Shown here: in pieces, positions 37,912-57,256 of the stretch
Layout of the letters: each line of letters opens with the position of its first letter
How positions within the stretch are numbered: the first letter of the stretch is position 1
Assembly (NCBI GenBank): GCA_012295275.1
Contig: CM022677.1
Span: forward strand, 23,746,001 to 23,810,000
Length of the DNA: 64,000 bases
Source: Chrysomallon squamiferum
Taxonomy: Eukaryota > Animalia > Mollusca
Direction: 5' to 3'
The notes under the pieces: model-generated
Seen by the model: only the letters and a program-made list of their open reading frames with translations
The model's database searches: none
What the model was told of the DNA's origin: nothing
Program-made: the position numbers and the translations under genes

Positions 37912-38892
37912 CTGTAAAATGTACCCAAAGTTTTGTCAGATGAACAATTGAGTTAAATAGAGGACTGTGCTGCTTGTGTGCGTGTGTCTGTGTGTGTGTG
38001 TGTGTGTGTGTTTCTGAATGACTGATGATTGTATGCATTTATGTGTGTAAAGTTTTGTGGCATTCAGACCTAATTAACCAATGACAACTAGTTGAAATTC
38101 TCTAAATAAAAGAATAAACTAATAAAAGAAAATTAAAAGAAAAATATATGGAGTAGAAGAAAAAAAATTGCCATGAAAATGGCGAATGATTTTGATGTTT
38201 TATTTAGCAGTTTAGATTGTAGTACCATCCTGTAATACTGCAATTCAAACTTACTCTGTACTAGTTTTGGATGTTTTTAAAATCCAGAATATATATTTCA
38301 CAATTTTATTGAAAACTGTTGAAGCTGTCTTTTCAAACCGTTTATTTTATATTTTGCTACATTATTCGAATTTGAAGAGCTGTAAAGAATTTATGATAAT
38401 AATATTAAAATAAAAAGAATTTATATTTATATTTATATTTATATTGGCATCACCTGTTCTTTATTTTATTAGTAAATATTTTTGTAAAACGAAAAATAAA
38501 ATAAGCTTGGCCTAAAATAATAAATAAAAGAGTACTACCGCAGCAAATAATCAACAAACAGACCAACACGATCCCGTTAAACAGCTCAGAGTGAATCATA
38601 ATATTTTCGCAAAGTTCTATAAATAATAAACTGTCATTTAAATAATATCTTCTAATATTTTGACGAAAAAGATGTACTGAATCAACGTAATCGCATATTT
38701 ATCTAATTAATCCATCTCCTCTTTAGTTCACCCTCACGTTTTCAACCAAAACTGATGTCGTCATTCAAATGGGTAAGTAAAAGGTTTGGTTTCCACCATT
38801 GTATCGGAGCACCTTTTTCGACAGAACACGCGTTAAAAAATAAACATAAAATAAAACTCAGGACCGGATTCAAGATTTTAGGAAAATAATGG

Positions 38893-38923
<31 letters not shown>

Positions 38924-39053
38924 CTGTTATTATTATTATTATTATTATTTATATTTCCTAATATCATTTGTAATATCATTATTGATAACAATAAATATAA
39001 CTTAGTAAACATGTACATACGTACGTATATATGTATGTATGTATGTATATATG

Positions 39054-39087
<34 letters not shown>

Positions 39088-39204
39088 TGTATGTATGTAT
39101 ATATGTATGCACGTAATAAAAGTAATACCTCACCAGTTAAAAACACAGTAGTCTTACTAATACGTTATAATAACAAATTTATTAAAGTCAAATTAACAAA
39201 ATGT

Positions 39205-41671
<2,467 letters not shown>

Positions 41672-42271
41672 CTGAAAATTCACGTCTTTCTTTCTTCAAC
41701 ATTATTATTTTATTATTATTATTATTATTTTTATATTATTATTATTATATTTTTTTTTTTTTTCATGCACGTCTGCTAGTCTGTACACGTTTACTGAGAC
41801 ATCACACTACTTGTAGCTCAGAGATCAACAAAATCTAAACCCAGGCAACACTGATTATACTTAAATTAGTTCTACTTAGATTTCCAGTTGTGCTGCCAGT
41901 TCAAATATAAAATTATTAAATTTTTATTTTTTTTATTTTTATTTTTACTTTTTTTTTTCACTTCAGGTTTCTTCTGATATCTAGGATAATGAACCAGTGT
42001 CATTTCCTTTTTTTGTTTTCAAGCAATTAAATTTTGCAGTAAAAGTATGCACCAGTCATATCGATGTTTATGGGATAAAAAAGATGGGACAGAAGAAAAA
42101 CAACAAAATGATTGATTTGACAAGGAAAACTGAACTTAGATTATTTTTATGATCGTTTTACATCTGCACTAACTGCAAATCAACATAGTCTGTGTTTTAA
42201 AGCATATAGAAAATTTGTGCTGATAAAGCGCAGATCTACACTTCGAGATTACCGTTTATGGAGAGAGAGAG

Positions 42272-42361
<90 letters not shown>

Positions 42362-42926
42362 GCGTTTCTGTTAAAAATATAATTATGAAGATACAGAACT
42401 ATCTATTTATTTATTTATCATTTACTTTCAAGATGTTAATAACAGACATTTATTTTTTTCGAAAAGCTATGAGTTTTTTCGTTTTTATCGATGTTGAAAG
42501 AATGTCACGATTTTTTTTTTTTTTTTGATAAGGATCATGGGATACTCTCAGCTGACGGCTAAATTCTATTTTTAGAAAACTCGTTCATAAACAGAAATAT
42601 TTCTTCTACTACTTTGAAACTAAATTAATACGTCCTTTTTTATTTCAAACAGTTAAATTTGATTTTTGAAAAGATACTGCTGAAACAGATATTAAATGAT
42701 GTCATATGTTCAATTCCAGCGCTTTTAAATTCAATTTTTGATTAATTAAATGATATAATTTGATTGATAAAGATCAGTTCAGGAACATATTTGTTTATGA
42801 TTAAATTTTTAAAAAACATAAAGTCCCTATGTATGGAAATCTTGTCTTATCTATGTCTGTGTCATTCAATATACGATATGACGTCAAAAAATATTTTTAA
42901 AAATTTGTTAAATGGAAACTGATTAC

Positions 42927-43058
42927 TTACAGATAAATACATTTTAACATTTTCATTAACACTACTCAATACATACATATTTGTTTTATACGTTACAGAT
43001 AAATACATTTTAACATTTTCATTAACACTACTCAATACATACATATTTGCTTTATACA
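42927..43058. repeat. 66-bp direct tandem duplication
   Basis: TTACAGATAAATACATTTTAACATTTTCATTAACACTACTCAATACATACATATTTG(T/C)TTTATAC occurs twice. Confidence 0.9.
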
Positions 43059-43865
43059 TCTGAATAATGTAAATGTGCTACGTGAAAATTTCATAAATTT
43101 ACTACAGATAAAATAATCTATCGATGAGATTTTTATAGGTTTAGTGTGAAATGTTGGCCAGTTTAAACCGATGTTAAGTTTCATTTTTAGATAATAACCA
43201 TTATCGTGAATTTAATCGTAGGATTAAGCAAAAATACACTGATTTCTCTAAATGCTATTTATTATATATAAATTTTTTTTATTTATTTATTTATTTTTTT
43301 TAATCTTGCTTAATTGTCCTCGTTATCAGCAGATATCATTATTTCCTTAACACAGAAAGTAAGAAGAAAAATAAGAAAAGAAGAAAGACAGAAATAATCA
43401 GAAAACAATCTAAAATAATTGGGAAAAAAAAAAAGAAGAACAACACATAAATTAGAAATAATAAATAAACAAACCGGCAAAAAACAAACAGCAAAAAACA
43501 CTTATCCAGGACATCTTGGTTCACGTGCGTCGTCTGCTTCTTCTGTTGACCGACAGATGGCGCTCACAGTTATGAACGTGCTTGTTAAGACGTGGAACTG
43601 ATAAGAGTAGTAAAAGTGTATTGAGAGATTGCTTGATTTATTTTTTTTAAAAAAACACACGAAAATGTAGCTTATCAGTGACCTCTTGGACACTCCTGTT
43701 TGGTCAGCTGGTAAAACTGGACAGAGACGTGACGTGTCACAGATCTGGATTCCAGTGGCCCACGACGGGCGTGGTTTTTTTTCCAATTTATGGGATTGAA
43801 CGTGTAAAATATTCTTGCTAGCAGGTTATCTAGTTATGTGTGAAGTGATGCTAGTGATCATATTG

Positions 43866-43942
<77 letters not shown>

Positions 43943-44125
43943 CTCTCTCTTTCTCTCTTTGTCTCTGTCTTTCTGTCTGTCAAACCGTATGATAAAAATA
44001 ATTTGTGTATTATACAGATTATAATGTTACACTGTACACTATTTTGAGTTCAGGGTCCAAGTTAGATTGAAAGGATGAAAGGAGAAAAGAAATAATTACT
44101 TTTTCTTACATCGCAGAGAATCAAC

Positions 44126-44191
<66 letters not shown>

Positions 44192-44586
44192 GACGAAGAT
44201 GTTTAATAAGAAATTTAAATTTAATTCCGTAACAATTAAATAAATTATATTTACTTTAACACAATTTTATAACTCTTCGAAAGAACACACTTATTTTTGG
44301 GGAATAAATTAACTGTTTAAACGTAAATGAAACATCCATGTATTTGTTTCTCATCTATTGGTTTTCAAATCGGGATATTTAAAATAAAAATAAATATCGT
44401 TCTCTTTATGTATGCGTACAGAGCAAAATGAGGAAAAACGATCCATGTTCTGTTCTTATAGAAATAGAGACCTTTATATCAGAGAGAAAATCAGTTAATA
44501 TGAAAACATTAAGACAATACGAAATGTTTTAATTCTGCTGCTGTTTTTGTGTCAAAATAACGACACTTAATAAATAAACTGACAAA

Positions 44587-44617
<31 letters not shown>

Positions 44618-45201
44618 AAAGATAAATCAGTCATATAGTGTTTTATTGCAGAAATAATTTATTTACAGTGGTTATATCTCGTAAATGTTGAACGTAATTA
44701 AAAAAAAATCAATGAATATTCATAATTTACTGCAACATGTCCATATGAACATTCATTATAAATATTTGTTTTATTTCGCGTCTGCATCCATACATACACA
44801 CGTGTATGTATACAAATACACATCACACATACATACAGACACATACGCTACGCAGACATACACACAGCGTCAAAAATAAACTTTAAAATAAAATAAAAAT
44901 AAATGTAAACTGAGTAATGCTTATAAGTCTAGAAAGACTGAGGTGACACTCAAAGGAAGACAGATATTGCATAATAAAACAAAGGCGGAACATTTTATAA
45001 AATAATGTCAGCAATAAATTAGTTTTATATATAATATACAATACACTGCCATTTATACAGCGTTTTTTTTTTTATTAAATCAAATTAATAAATACTTAAT
45101 ATATAGAAAGTAATGGTATTATATGGTTATATACATTTAAAAAAATACATGATTTTCTAACATGGAAATCTAGGTTATAATAATAATAATAATAATAATA
45201 A

Positions 45202-45232
<31 letters not shown>

Positions 45233-45482
45233 AAGAAGAAGAAGAAAAGAAGAAGAAGTGAGAAAAAAGGAAAAGAAAATAAGAAATAAAGGTCGCACAT
45301 TTTTGAATTGCATAATAAACTATGTAGATTAGATTATATTCAATACGTCATTTTATCACATTTCTGAAATCCACAGAAATCAAAGCACGCTAATCATACA
45401 CGCTGTAATGCACCAAAGTCCCCGGATGAACGTATCACATTGCTTCTCTCCCCTTCTTTTATCTGGTCACTTTTCTTTTCAT

Positions 45483-45515
<33 letters not shown>

Positions 45516-45772
45516 ATCAGTTAACAAAATTCGTTTCAAACGTTATAACCACCACAGATCTGATAAATATACTTTTGTGAATCTGGACCCGTGATGGTGT
45601 CGAATTATCGGTAACAAGAGAAAAATCAAATTACATGACTAGGTAAAAGTGGCCAAGTATATCGTATATCTGTAATGTCATTTATCTATATCTATATATC
45701 ACATGTCCGTATATGATTTATCTTCATACATCTTATATCATTTATCTTATCTAAAACATCACAGAGTCTGCT

Positions 45773-46101
45773 TCAGAATCGCGTGCAGTCTGATGGAAGG
45801 TTCGATACGGTCAACAGAACTTCAGGATCAGTCCATTTTTCGTTCGCCGGAACTATTAACATAACCTGTCCCGCGCATGCGCGTAAAATTTCATCGCTGT
45901 CTATTTCCGTTCCGTCTTCGGCAAGACACACTTTGAGAGGACCAGACAGTCCCAGCTTTTCACTTCCTGTGGTTGAAAACAAAAATGAAGCAGATGAGAA
46001 AAATCTGTGATGAAAATAGCGAATCGCCACATCAAGTTTAATAAAGATTTGTTAGACATCTGTCATGTTAATCAATATGGCAGAGTCATTATCTCGACTA
46101 T

Positions 46102-46141
<40 letters not shown>

Positions 46142-46696
46142 GAGGATTCATTACTGGAGTAAACAAAAATAAATAACTCACCTTTAGATTTTAATTCCTC
46201 CAGATCATCAGCAAACGTGAAAGTTCTTCTGTCTCTTGTGTGATTCCATATCTTATACATTAATCTGTAATTTTATATATATATCATGTTAACATTATTA
46301 TTATTATTTATTATTATTATTATTATTATTATTTTCTAATTTATTAAATTATTATTTTTTTTAAATTTGGACTTATCCATTTTTTCAAAACTTTATCGCT
46401 ATTCTGTTTACATTTTTGTGTCTTTGTCTTGTTCTTACATTATTATATTTCTCTGGATGTTTTGCATTTTCCGGACCGTTTCCATTTCATTCCCGACTTG
46501 TCCGGACCCTGAAAATGAAGGGTGAACAACACAAAAATGCATACACACATGCGCGCATTCAGATACAAAATTAATGCTATCCATCCATCTATCTAATCAT
46601 TTATCTATATATAAGTCTCTCTAGCAATCTATTTTTGAATATACATATTTTTCTATCAAATTATCTTATTGTAATATTATTAACATTATCGTCTAC

Positions 46697-46772
<76 letters not shown>

Positions 46773-46949
46773 TTTGTAAATAACACTGAATACCTGTTAT
46801 TAAACATAATATCTCCACCAGCATTTCCGTTAGGTAGAGCCTCGTTCTGAATTGCCATTATACTCCTCCTTGATTCTCTGCGAACCAGTTCATCCAGTGG
46901 ATCTCTCAGAGAAATTCTCTCCATAGTCTGAGCCAGTCGCTCTTCCCTG

Positions 46950-47004
<55 letters not shown>

Positions 47005-47645
47005 AATAATAACAACAACAACAACAACAATAATAATAATAATTTTAATATTTAAATTCAACCTGACGTTTAAGAACATCTGCAGATCTCAAAACATTTC
47101 TGTTTGTGACAAACGAAATGTTCTGCTTTCATTATGTATCACCAGATAGCTTTACACACAAGTATAAATAAACAAGCTATATTGCTTTTCATCATAACAT
47201 AAACAATACAAAAAAATATTCCAGCATTTTCTATGCCATCACATTACTGTAGTTCTTGATAGTTAGTCCAGTTTAGTATAGTTTAGTATTTATTTATATA
47301 AAGCTAGGGAATTAATATTATTGTTAAATTAGTGTTGTTTTTGTTCCAGTGACAGTTTATGTATCTCGTTTGTCTTGCATACTTATATTTATATGCATAT
47401 ACTGAGGTATGGATGTGTGTATGTATATGTGTGTATGTGTATATAAATATATTTATGTATGTTTACCTTTTTCTACGTTTAATTCGTTTTTTCCTCAAGT
47501 AACAGCCGAGAACAATCAAGAGACAAGTAATCAGAACAAAAATCAAACCAGACGCACACCCTAATATGATTATCTCCCTTTCAGTGAGCTTTTCAGTCTC
47601 TGAATAAAAAAAAAATACAAATTAAAAAAAAAAAAGAAAAATAAA

Positions 47646-47722
<77 letters not shown>

Positions 47723-48279
47723 TAATAATAATAATAAAATATAGCACACTACTGGAGATAACTGTGATCTAAACAAAGATATTTCTTTCTTTCCTCCTTT
47801 CATTCCTTCAGTCTGACTTGAACCCCGAACTCAAACTGATGTACAACATAACATTATAATCTGTATAAGATATAAACATGTAATATTTATGTGACTGGGC
47901 AGCCATTTTATTTTAAATCAGCGATCTGCAGTTTAGATATCAGTGAAATATAAAATAATTGATAGACTTATTTTTAGTTCGAGAGAAACGTTCTTTTTTC
48001 TTCTTTTTTTTTTTTTAATGTACATTCTGAATTTTCGCCAAAACTAACGTTAACTTTTAAAATCTCTGTAAAATAGTCAGTAGTTTATAAAACAAACAAA
48101 ACATAAAGAGAGTTCTGACTAGATCAGTTAGCTGTGTTGATTTCTCAAACGTTTATCAAGACAACTTTAAAACATTTCACTTCTGGATGATACAATAAGA
48201 CAAACATTGGTTAGAGTTTCCATGTACAAATACTAATTCATAGTTTAATTTATTTTCTTATCAACATTTTACCTGGCAT
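45773..48279 (-). CDS. Membrane-anchored CIDE-N domain protein (189 aa): N-terminal TM helix, basic linker and C-terminal CIDE-N
   Basis: Exons 48279-48273 (ATG CCA G, with an in-frame TGA upstream in the same exon, 48317-48273), 47599-47467 (TM IIILGCASGLIFVLITCLLIVLGCYL then RKKRIKRRKR), 46946-46794, 46264-46182 (YKIWNHTRDRRTFTFADDLEELKSKG) and 45966-45773 (SEKLGLSGPLKVCLAEDGTEIDSDEIL...MLIVPANEKW...CTRF*). Total 570 nt, all GT-AG with matching phases. LxEDGTEID and EKW are CIDE-N hallmarks. Confidence 0.85.
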
Positions 48280-49740
48280 TGCACCGTAAATACAAAAATG
48301 AGTTGATCACCGGTATTCTGAAAAATAAAACAAAGACAAAATTAGTTTGTAAGTTTTACTACTGCTTCTACTACTACTATTAATACTACTTCTACCACCA
48401 CTATTACTACTACTACTACTATTACTACTATTATTATTACTACTTCTACTACTACTACTACTACTACTATTATAACTACTACTATTATTACTATTACCAC
48501 TACAATTATGACTTGTATTTCAACTAGGACTACAATTACTACTACTACTGTCACTACGACGACTACACCATTACAACTACTACAACGATTAAGACTTCTA
48601 CTCCTAGTACTAATAGTACTGCTACAACTAATGTTACTATAACCCTAATTAATAATAGTTACATTTGAGTTTATTTAGAGAAAAAGAGAGACAGAGAGAC
48701 ATGGAGACATAGAGACAGTGAGAAAGACAGAGATATAGCGAGGCGTGAGACTGAATAGACGATTAAATATGTACATATATCTGTCGCACACACACATACA
48801 TAATACATACGTGCATAAATACATATATACATATGTGATAAATACATACATAGACAAATAAATACATACTGCATACAGAGAGACAGAAATATATAGCTGA
48901 ACAGAGAACTGTATATATATATAGTTTAGTAATCGTACATATGCATGTATGTATATACACAAAGAAGCGAATTTCTATTACTCGAGGATTTGTTAACTAC
49001 TAATATACGTAATATACGTAAATGTCTCCGTGGTAAATTTCTACGTCTGTAATATTAAGGGATTAACAGTGATATGAAACATACAACATACACAAGTGAC
49101 ATCCAGCAATAAGTACATTACAATACAACGTTAGATATCGTACACCGTAAAATTACTTTGTTTTCTTTACACCCCGATCTGTTCCATTCACAGCTAACAA
49201 GCAGACGTTCACTGATATGTAAAGCAGCCAACTCCAGCTATACATCTAGTTTCTATAGCTTATCTGATAGCCTGTTGAGTCGCCTATTGTTACGCTAGTG
49301 TAAGCTAGTGCATAATCATAATAAGTACGAACGCATAACGAAATAATAATGATTTGTGACCTGTGACCTCCTTTGAGACGGGGAAGACACGTGACCTGTA
49401 TATGCTGGATTATCTGCGTTGGTAATTAACATAGGCGTAGCGCGCATTACTCACAAAACACGGGTGCAAGAAACGAATACGGGTACAGGTCAAGGATGTC
49501 AGTAATTGTTCTTAAAATAGAGTTTTTATGCTTTTTCAGTAATTAAGTTTCGAGACAGAACAATTCTGAAGAGACTCTTAAAGAAAAGACAGAAAATAAA
49601 TAAATAAAATTTAAAAAAGGCAACTTAAACATAAACCTGTCTTCAAACAGCGTTCTAAAATGAGGAAAGTTAATTTACGATAGAAATCATTAACACACTA
49701 CAACTAATATAAAACCATAATTATAGTAATACAGTTTAGT

Positions 49741-49776
<36 letters not shown>

Positions 49777-50596
49777 GAAAGTAGTGCAATTAATAGCAGT
49801 AGTAGTGATAGTAATAATAAATATAGTAGTAGCAGCAGTAGTAGTAGTAGTAGTTATTAAGCATGAAATAACATAGTTATTTACCTGCTGTAATTCTTCC
49901 CCTTTTATTTACTTTTTTTTTTTGTTTTTCTGTCATTAAAATAATCTTACTGTTGCATTATTTATTTTTTTTTTTTTTTGTTCTGTTTTGGTATAATGAC
50001 TCATAAAGAAACTGGTTAGTCCAACTTGAAAATATATTTCTTATTTATTTAATTTATTTAGTTAGCTAGTTATTTATTTATTTATTTATTTATTTATATA
50101 TTTATTTATTTTTCATGATAACAAGTAATTCTTATTTACGAGAAACCTACTTTGTAAATCGTAATTTCAGTTAAATAAGAAAGAATTTATAATAAAAAAT
50201 CGGTATGTCATAACTTAGAAATAAAATTTAAAAATTAAAATAACATTTTCAAGTGACCACTGACTTCGGTAGACATGTTGAAATAATTCTTCTTTCTTTG
50301 TATCGTAATATGACGTCACGTACAGATATGACGTAAACACATCTCTGTCTTTTGAACCTAACAAAAGTCATATACGCAGATACGCACAAATCCCCCACCC
50401 TTTTTTTTTTCTCTTGTAAATACAAATGGCACGCACTAATTAATAAGCTATACCGTGTTTTTATTATCAGTATCTGCAGTGAAAATCCAATTAAAGATCC
50501 AAGCTGTTTCGTTTCAGGCACGCTGGGTGAGAAATAAATAAAATGTTATCTATGACTCGATATTAAATTATTCGCTTCAGAGACATGTCAGGGAAG

Positions 50597-50663
<67 letters not shown>

Positions 50664-51387
50664 TATATAGATATAGATGTATATTAAAAGACAAACAGAA
50701 AAAGACGCAGAGTATGAGAAAGGACCAATGAATACGGATTGAAAGAACGAAAAAAAAAAAAAAAAGAATGACGGAGGCTTTAAGAGAAAGAATGCAAGAG
50801 TGAATGAAAGAAAGAAATACGTAGGCGAGACAACGAATGAATTAAACAGAAAAACAGAGGCAAAGAAAGAACGGAAAAGAGATATAAAGAGAATAAATAA
50901 TTTAAAAAATAAAAAATTAAAAAAAATAAAATTAATAAAAATAAAAATGTTTGAAGGTAATTATTCCTTGTCGAGTTCTTTACAAAATGATTAACACTGT
51001 TGGCATTCTGTTCACGTTTTCGTTTTGTTTCCCTTTCTTTTATTTTAATTTTAATTTTTAATTTTCTTTATCTTTGTGCTGTTGTTGTTATTTTTATATA
51101 CCTACAACAGCAGCTAGGATATATCCCGGGACATATTAACCTAATTCAACAAAGCGTCAGAAAAAAAAAAACACTCGAAATTTCAAATATCACGCAATAA
51201 ATCAGTAATGTTCAAATAACTTGTCTTGTTTTCAGCTCGTAAAAAGGTTTGTTTCGTATTACAGATAAAAAAAAAAAAGAAAAAAAACAAATTGTTCTAA
51301 GTCTATTTTTGTTTGTGTCTTCCTGTTTGTCAGTATGTAAATTTGTCTCATAACTGATTTGAATACAGAGAAATAACATACTATTAA

Positions 51388-51484
<97 letters not shown>

Positions 51485-51789
51485 AGAGTATAAACCTTTC
51501 CTGTTTTCTTCTTTCTGTATAAATAAAATGATAAAACAAACAAATATAAAGGTGTTTCTTTTTCAGTCATATCCAGTTTCTTACTTCTAAAATTAATTGT
51601 GTGCGTGTCAGGTTTGTGTATATACCTGACAACTACTAATTAGGTACCTGTCAGGTATTAATTACATCAAGTGTATTACCTGAAGTTTTCTTAGCTTGTC
51701 GAGTCACGACACAGTTTTGAACATGAGATATTTTGATTTCGATGTTAATGTTACTGATACACACTAATTTGTTTTAATTACTGTTTAGA

Positions 51790-52829
<1,040 letters not shown>

Positions 52830-52893
52830 ATACTCTCAAACATATATATATATATATATATATATAGGCTACATAAGAAACAAAATATCATAT

Positions 52894-52956
<63 letters not shown>

Positions 52957-53392
52957 TATACTTTACATAAGCCACTTCACCTAAAAACTCGGTTACCCCA
53001 CACGTTTTATTAGCTGGTTTTTCTTATCAGCGAGTGAAGAGGTCAAAAGCAAACAAAAACACCGAAAGCTGATCTGAGAAAACAGACGACAAAGTCTATT
53101 TTGATATCTCGCCACGTGACATGCACGGACAAACCTCGCTAGACTCAGTCTGGTCGTATTACGAGTCCGTTGTTCAGGGCAGAGTTTACACTGTGCTGGG
53201 TAGTCACAGGTTTCTGTTTTCATTGAAGTGGCGATCGAGTGTTTAGCAATATGCTCAGTGTATCGTAAAAGTCAGTCTCGTTTTTTTTTTGGTTTGTTTT
53301 GGTTTTTCTTTTTGTTTGTTGTTAGTGTTTCTACGTTCAATATTAAATATAAAATACAAATAATATGTATGTATGTATGTATGTATGTATGG

Positions 53393-53492
<100 letters not shown>

Positions 53493-53631
53493 AGAGACAG
53501 ACAAAGAGAGAAGAGAGAGACACACACATACATACAAACAGAGAGAGAGAGAGACAAATAGACAGACAGAGAGAAAGAGAGTAAGAGACAGACAGTGAGA
53601 GAGAGACACAAACATAGACATACATACAGAC

Positions 53632-53715
<84 letters not shown>

Positions 53716-53794
53716 AGAGAGAATATTTCTTATATCATTTTAAAAATATTTTTATACTGATGACAGTTAGATATTCTGATCGTCAAACTTTATC

Positions 53795-53920
53795 AACTTT
53801 AGAAATGTTTACATATTTCAGTTGTTGTCTACATAGAAATTTTATCAGATTAGAACTGATCAGCATTATCTGGTTTGTGGGATCAAATCCTTTAAAGACT
53901 AAAGTATGTTATTTTTCGAA
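53795..53920. repeat. Inverted copy of the 22588-22730 dispersed repeat, followed by (CT)n
   Basis: Reverse-complement match to 22588-22730. Confidence 0.8.
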
Positions 53921-53922
53921 AT

Positions 53923-54124
<202 letters not shown>

Positions 54125-54570
54125 AGACAGGCAGATATAAATAGAGAGCGTGAAAACAAATGCACAGATTGTGCCTGTGCGAATTATCAAATTGACTATA
54201 GTAAATATTATTAATTCACGTAAATCTATCTTCAATCTTCAACACGATCACATTACGTCCCCTTTGTAAAGAAAACATCGTCGCCAACCATGTAAAAATG
54301 TTATAATGTTAGAACGACTACTGTGTCAGCTGGGACATTGTTCTATACAAACACAGGTTTTATTGAACATATGTCTAAATGTTAAAACTATAGCCAGTGT
54401 TGATTTAATATCTTGTATTCATTGCAAATGTTACAATGATTTCGTAAATAAGAAAATCTACGTTTTGGGAAATAATTGATGTGTCCAGCTTGAAGTTACA
54501 GTAGATGAAGTAGTAGTGTTTGTAAACAGTGCTGGTTGTGTTTTCTGAGTGGGGGTAGGCGATGGGTGAG

Positions 54571-54676
<106 letters not shown>

Positions 54677-55032
54677 TAGAAGGATATATATATAAAAACA
54701 AAAACAGTACAAGATAGATTTTCCAGTAATGTAATTCATCCTTTGAAAACTAGATAGAGATTACAAGTTAAGAAAATAATTTTAAACCTTTCTTCGTTTT
54801 GATAATAGCTGTATGTTCTTTCAAAATTACTTCGTAATTAGCTTTCGATTATATATGGCATTTCATGTATTTTTATATCTATGTATATTTATCTGCATCT
54901 GTGTCTGTGTCAGCCTATCTATCTCTGTCAATCTCTCTCTCTCTCTCTCTGTCTGTCTGTCTGTCTGTCTATCTGTCTGTCATCTGTCTGTCTGTCTGTC
55001 TCTCTGTCTGTCTGTGTCTCTGTTCCTCTCTC

Positions 55033-55121
<89 letters not shown>

Positions 55122-55626
55122 GAATATATTCATATATACTATTAAAGATATAGAGCAGTAGTAGTAGTAGTAGAGGCAGCAGCAGCAGTAACAACAGCAG
55201 AAGTAATAGGAATAGACTGTAACAACGTAGGTAACTGTACAATAAACAATTTGATTTTCTTATATATTAGTTATAATTAACTCAATCACAGTACAGAGAA
55301 CAGATTTTCATATTAAAACGTTTCTTTAAGCAATGTTACTAGCTACTTGTTACTGCTAATCATTATAACTTGTATTTCTTCATTTTATTTTCTGTGAAAT
55401 CCTCCTCTATCTACATATTCACGAACACACATATAAATGAAAGAATGAACAAACGTACACACATATATATGTATGTACGTATGTATGTACTATATGATTT
55501 TGTAACGTGTTGAAACTATATATATATATATATATATATATATGTTTGTATGTATTTATATGAATGTATATATATATATATATAACTAACACATAAACAT
55601 ACATATTTGAATCTATTTATTTATGA

Positions 55627-55660
<34 letters not shown>

Positions 55661-55721
55661 GTGCACACACACACACACACACATACACATATACACACAC
55701 ATGCACACACACACACACATG

Positions 55722-55752
<31 letters not shown>

Positions 55753-55968
55753 TTACACATTATTTATATATACCTGAAATACTACATCTGTTGTTTGCCT
55801 TTATCGGAAAGCCATGTTAACATGAACTACAATCTATACATGACAATAGACATCAATATAGGTCGCGTAACTGTTATTGGCAGTTAAAATATATATAAAT
55901 ATATACACATACATAAGTCATACATATAATAATAAAATAAAATAATATAAAATACTTAACTTGCTTAC

Positions 55969-56085
55969 CTGTATAATGCGCTATTCTGGTTTAAACGTGA
56001 GAAAACTTCTACCTTGTACAATACAGTCTTCCTGGTGAATTATTTTAGGGTGTGTGTCGTGTTGTTTTCAATATATAAATTACAG
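55969..56085 (-). promoter_or_regulatory. Candidate TATA promoter and non-coding first exon, possibly of the TM-CIDE-N gene
   Basis: Minus-strand TTTATATATT at about 56070-56079, followed about 100 nt downstream by a strong donor CAG|GTAAGC at 55969/55968. Confidence 0.4.
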
Positions 56086-57206
56086 ATAGGTAAATCTGAG
56101 ACTTTACTTCGTGTATAAACTTGAAAGAAGAGACAGCAAGGGGCCCTCTTTGGGATGTGTGTTTGCGTTAAATACGATAGAGTGTATTTAATTGTAAAAT
56201 ATTCAGACTTTGATAAAACTGTAATTATTTTTGGTGTTGAGTATCAAACACGCACTTATTTATAACAGTCCCAGACCAGAGCTGGCGGGGAAAAAAAAAA
56301 GGTTTATGAAACGAGACAAATATCTAAAAGTGTGTTCAAACTTTTGCATTGATCTATTAATAATCGTTGTAAATTTTATATTGGTTTCTTTTTTGTGTTT
56401 TAACCCCTCTCTCTCAGTTCATAAGAAGTATTGTTTATTTATGTAGTTTAATAATTTTTTATTTTTACACATGTCCAGTCAGATGTCCTTTTTTAAGACT
56501 AATCAAAAAATTAAATAAAAATAAAAAGAATAAAGAACAAGAAGAAGAAGATGTAGCAAATGTTAACGTTTTTATAATTTTATTACAGAAAACACAGATA
56601 ATTCATGTCAAGCTAAATAGTTTAAAATGACAATAAAAAATAATTCACTTTCTATGTACAAATCTATGTATGTATGTACACACACACACATACACCACAC
56701 ACACATTTTAAAACACACACACACGTCTTATCATATACATGTATTATGGATCTGCTATAATCAGATTAACATAATTTATAAAAATACAAATGAACTCACC
56801 ACACTCGCGTAGGTTTCAAGCCTATTGATTTCATTATGTCCTACAAAAACTCTACATCAAAACAAAATAGTTCTTAATTAAAAACAATTTATTTTACACT
56901 TCTAAGCTGAAAACTTTGAACATAATGAAGTAGAATGGTTTTCAACAGCAAACAAAACATTGTATTATCATGTTTTTTTTTGTTGTTTTCTTCGATTGTT
57001 TTTTTTTTTTTTTTTTCTAATAATCTCGAGTTACAGCAGTACATTATCAAACTATAAATATGTATGAACGTATGTGTGTATGTATTTATGTATGTATATC
57101 TGTGTTTATGAATGTATATATATATGTACTTATGTATGTATTTTGTAGTATGTTTGTATATAGGCATATAGACATTCATGTATGTATGCATGCATATATG
57201 TGTGTA

Positions 57207-57256
<50 letters not shown>

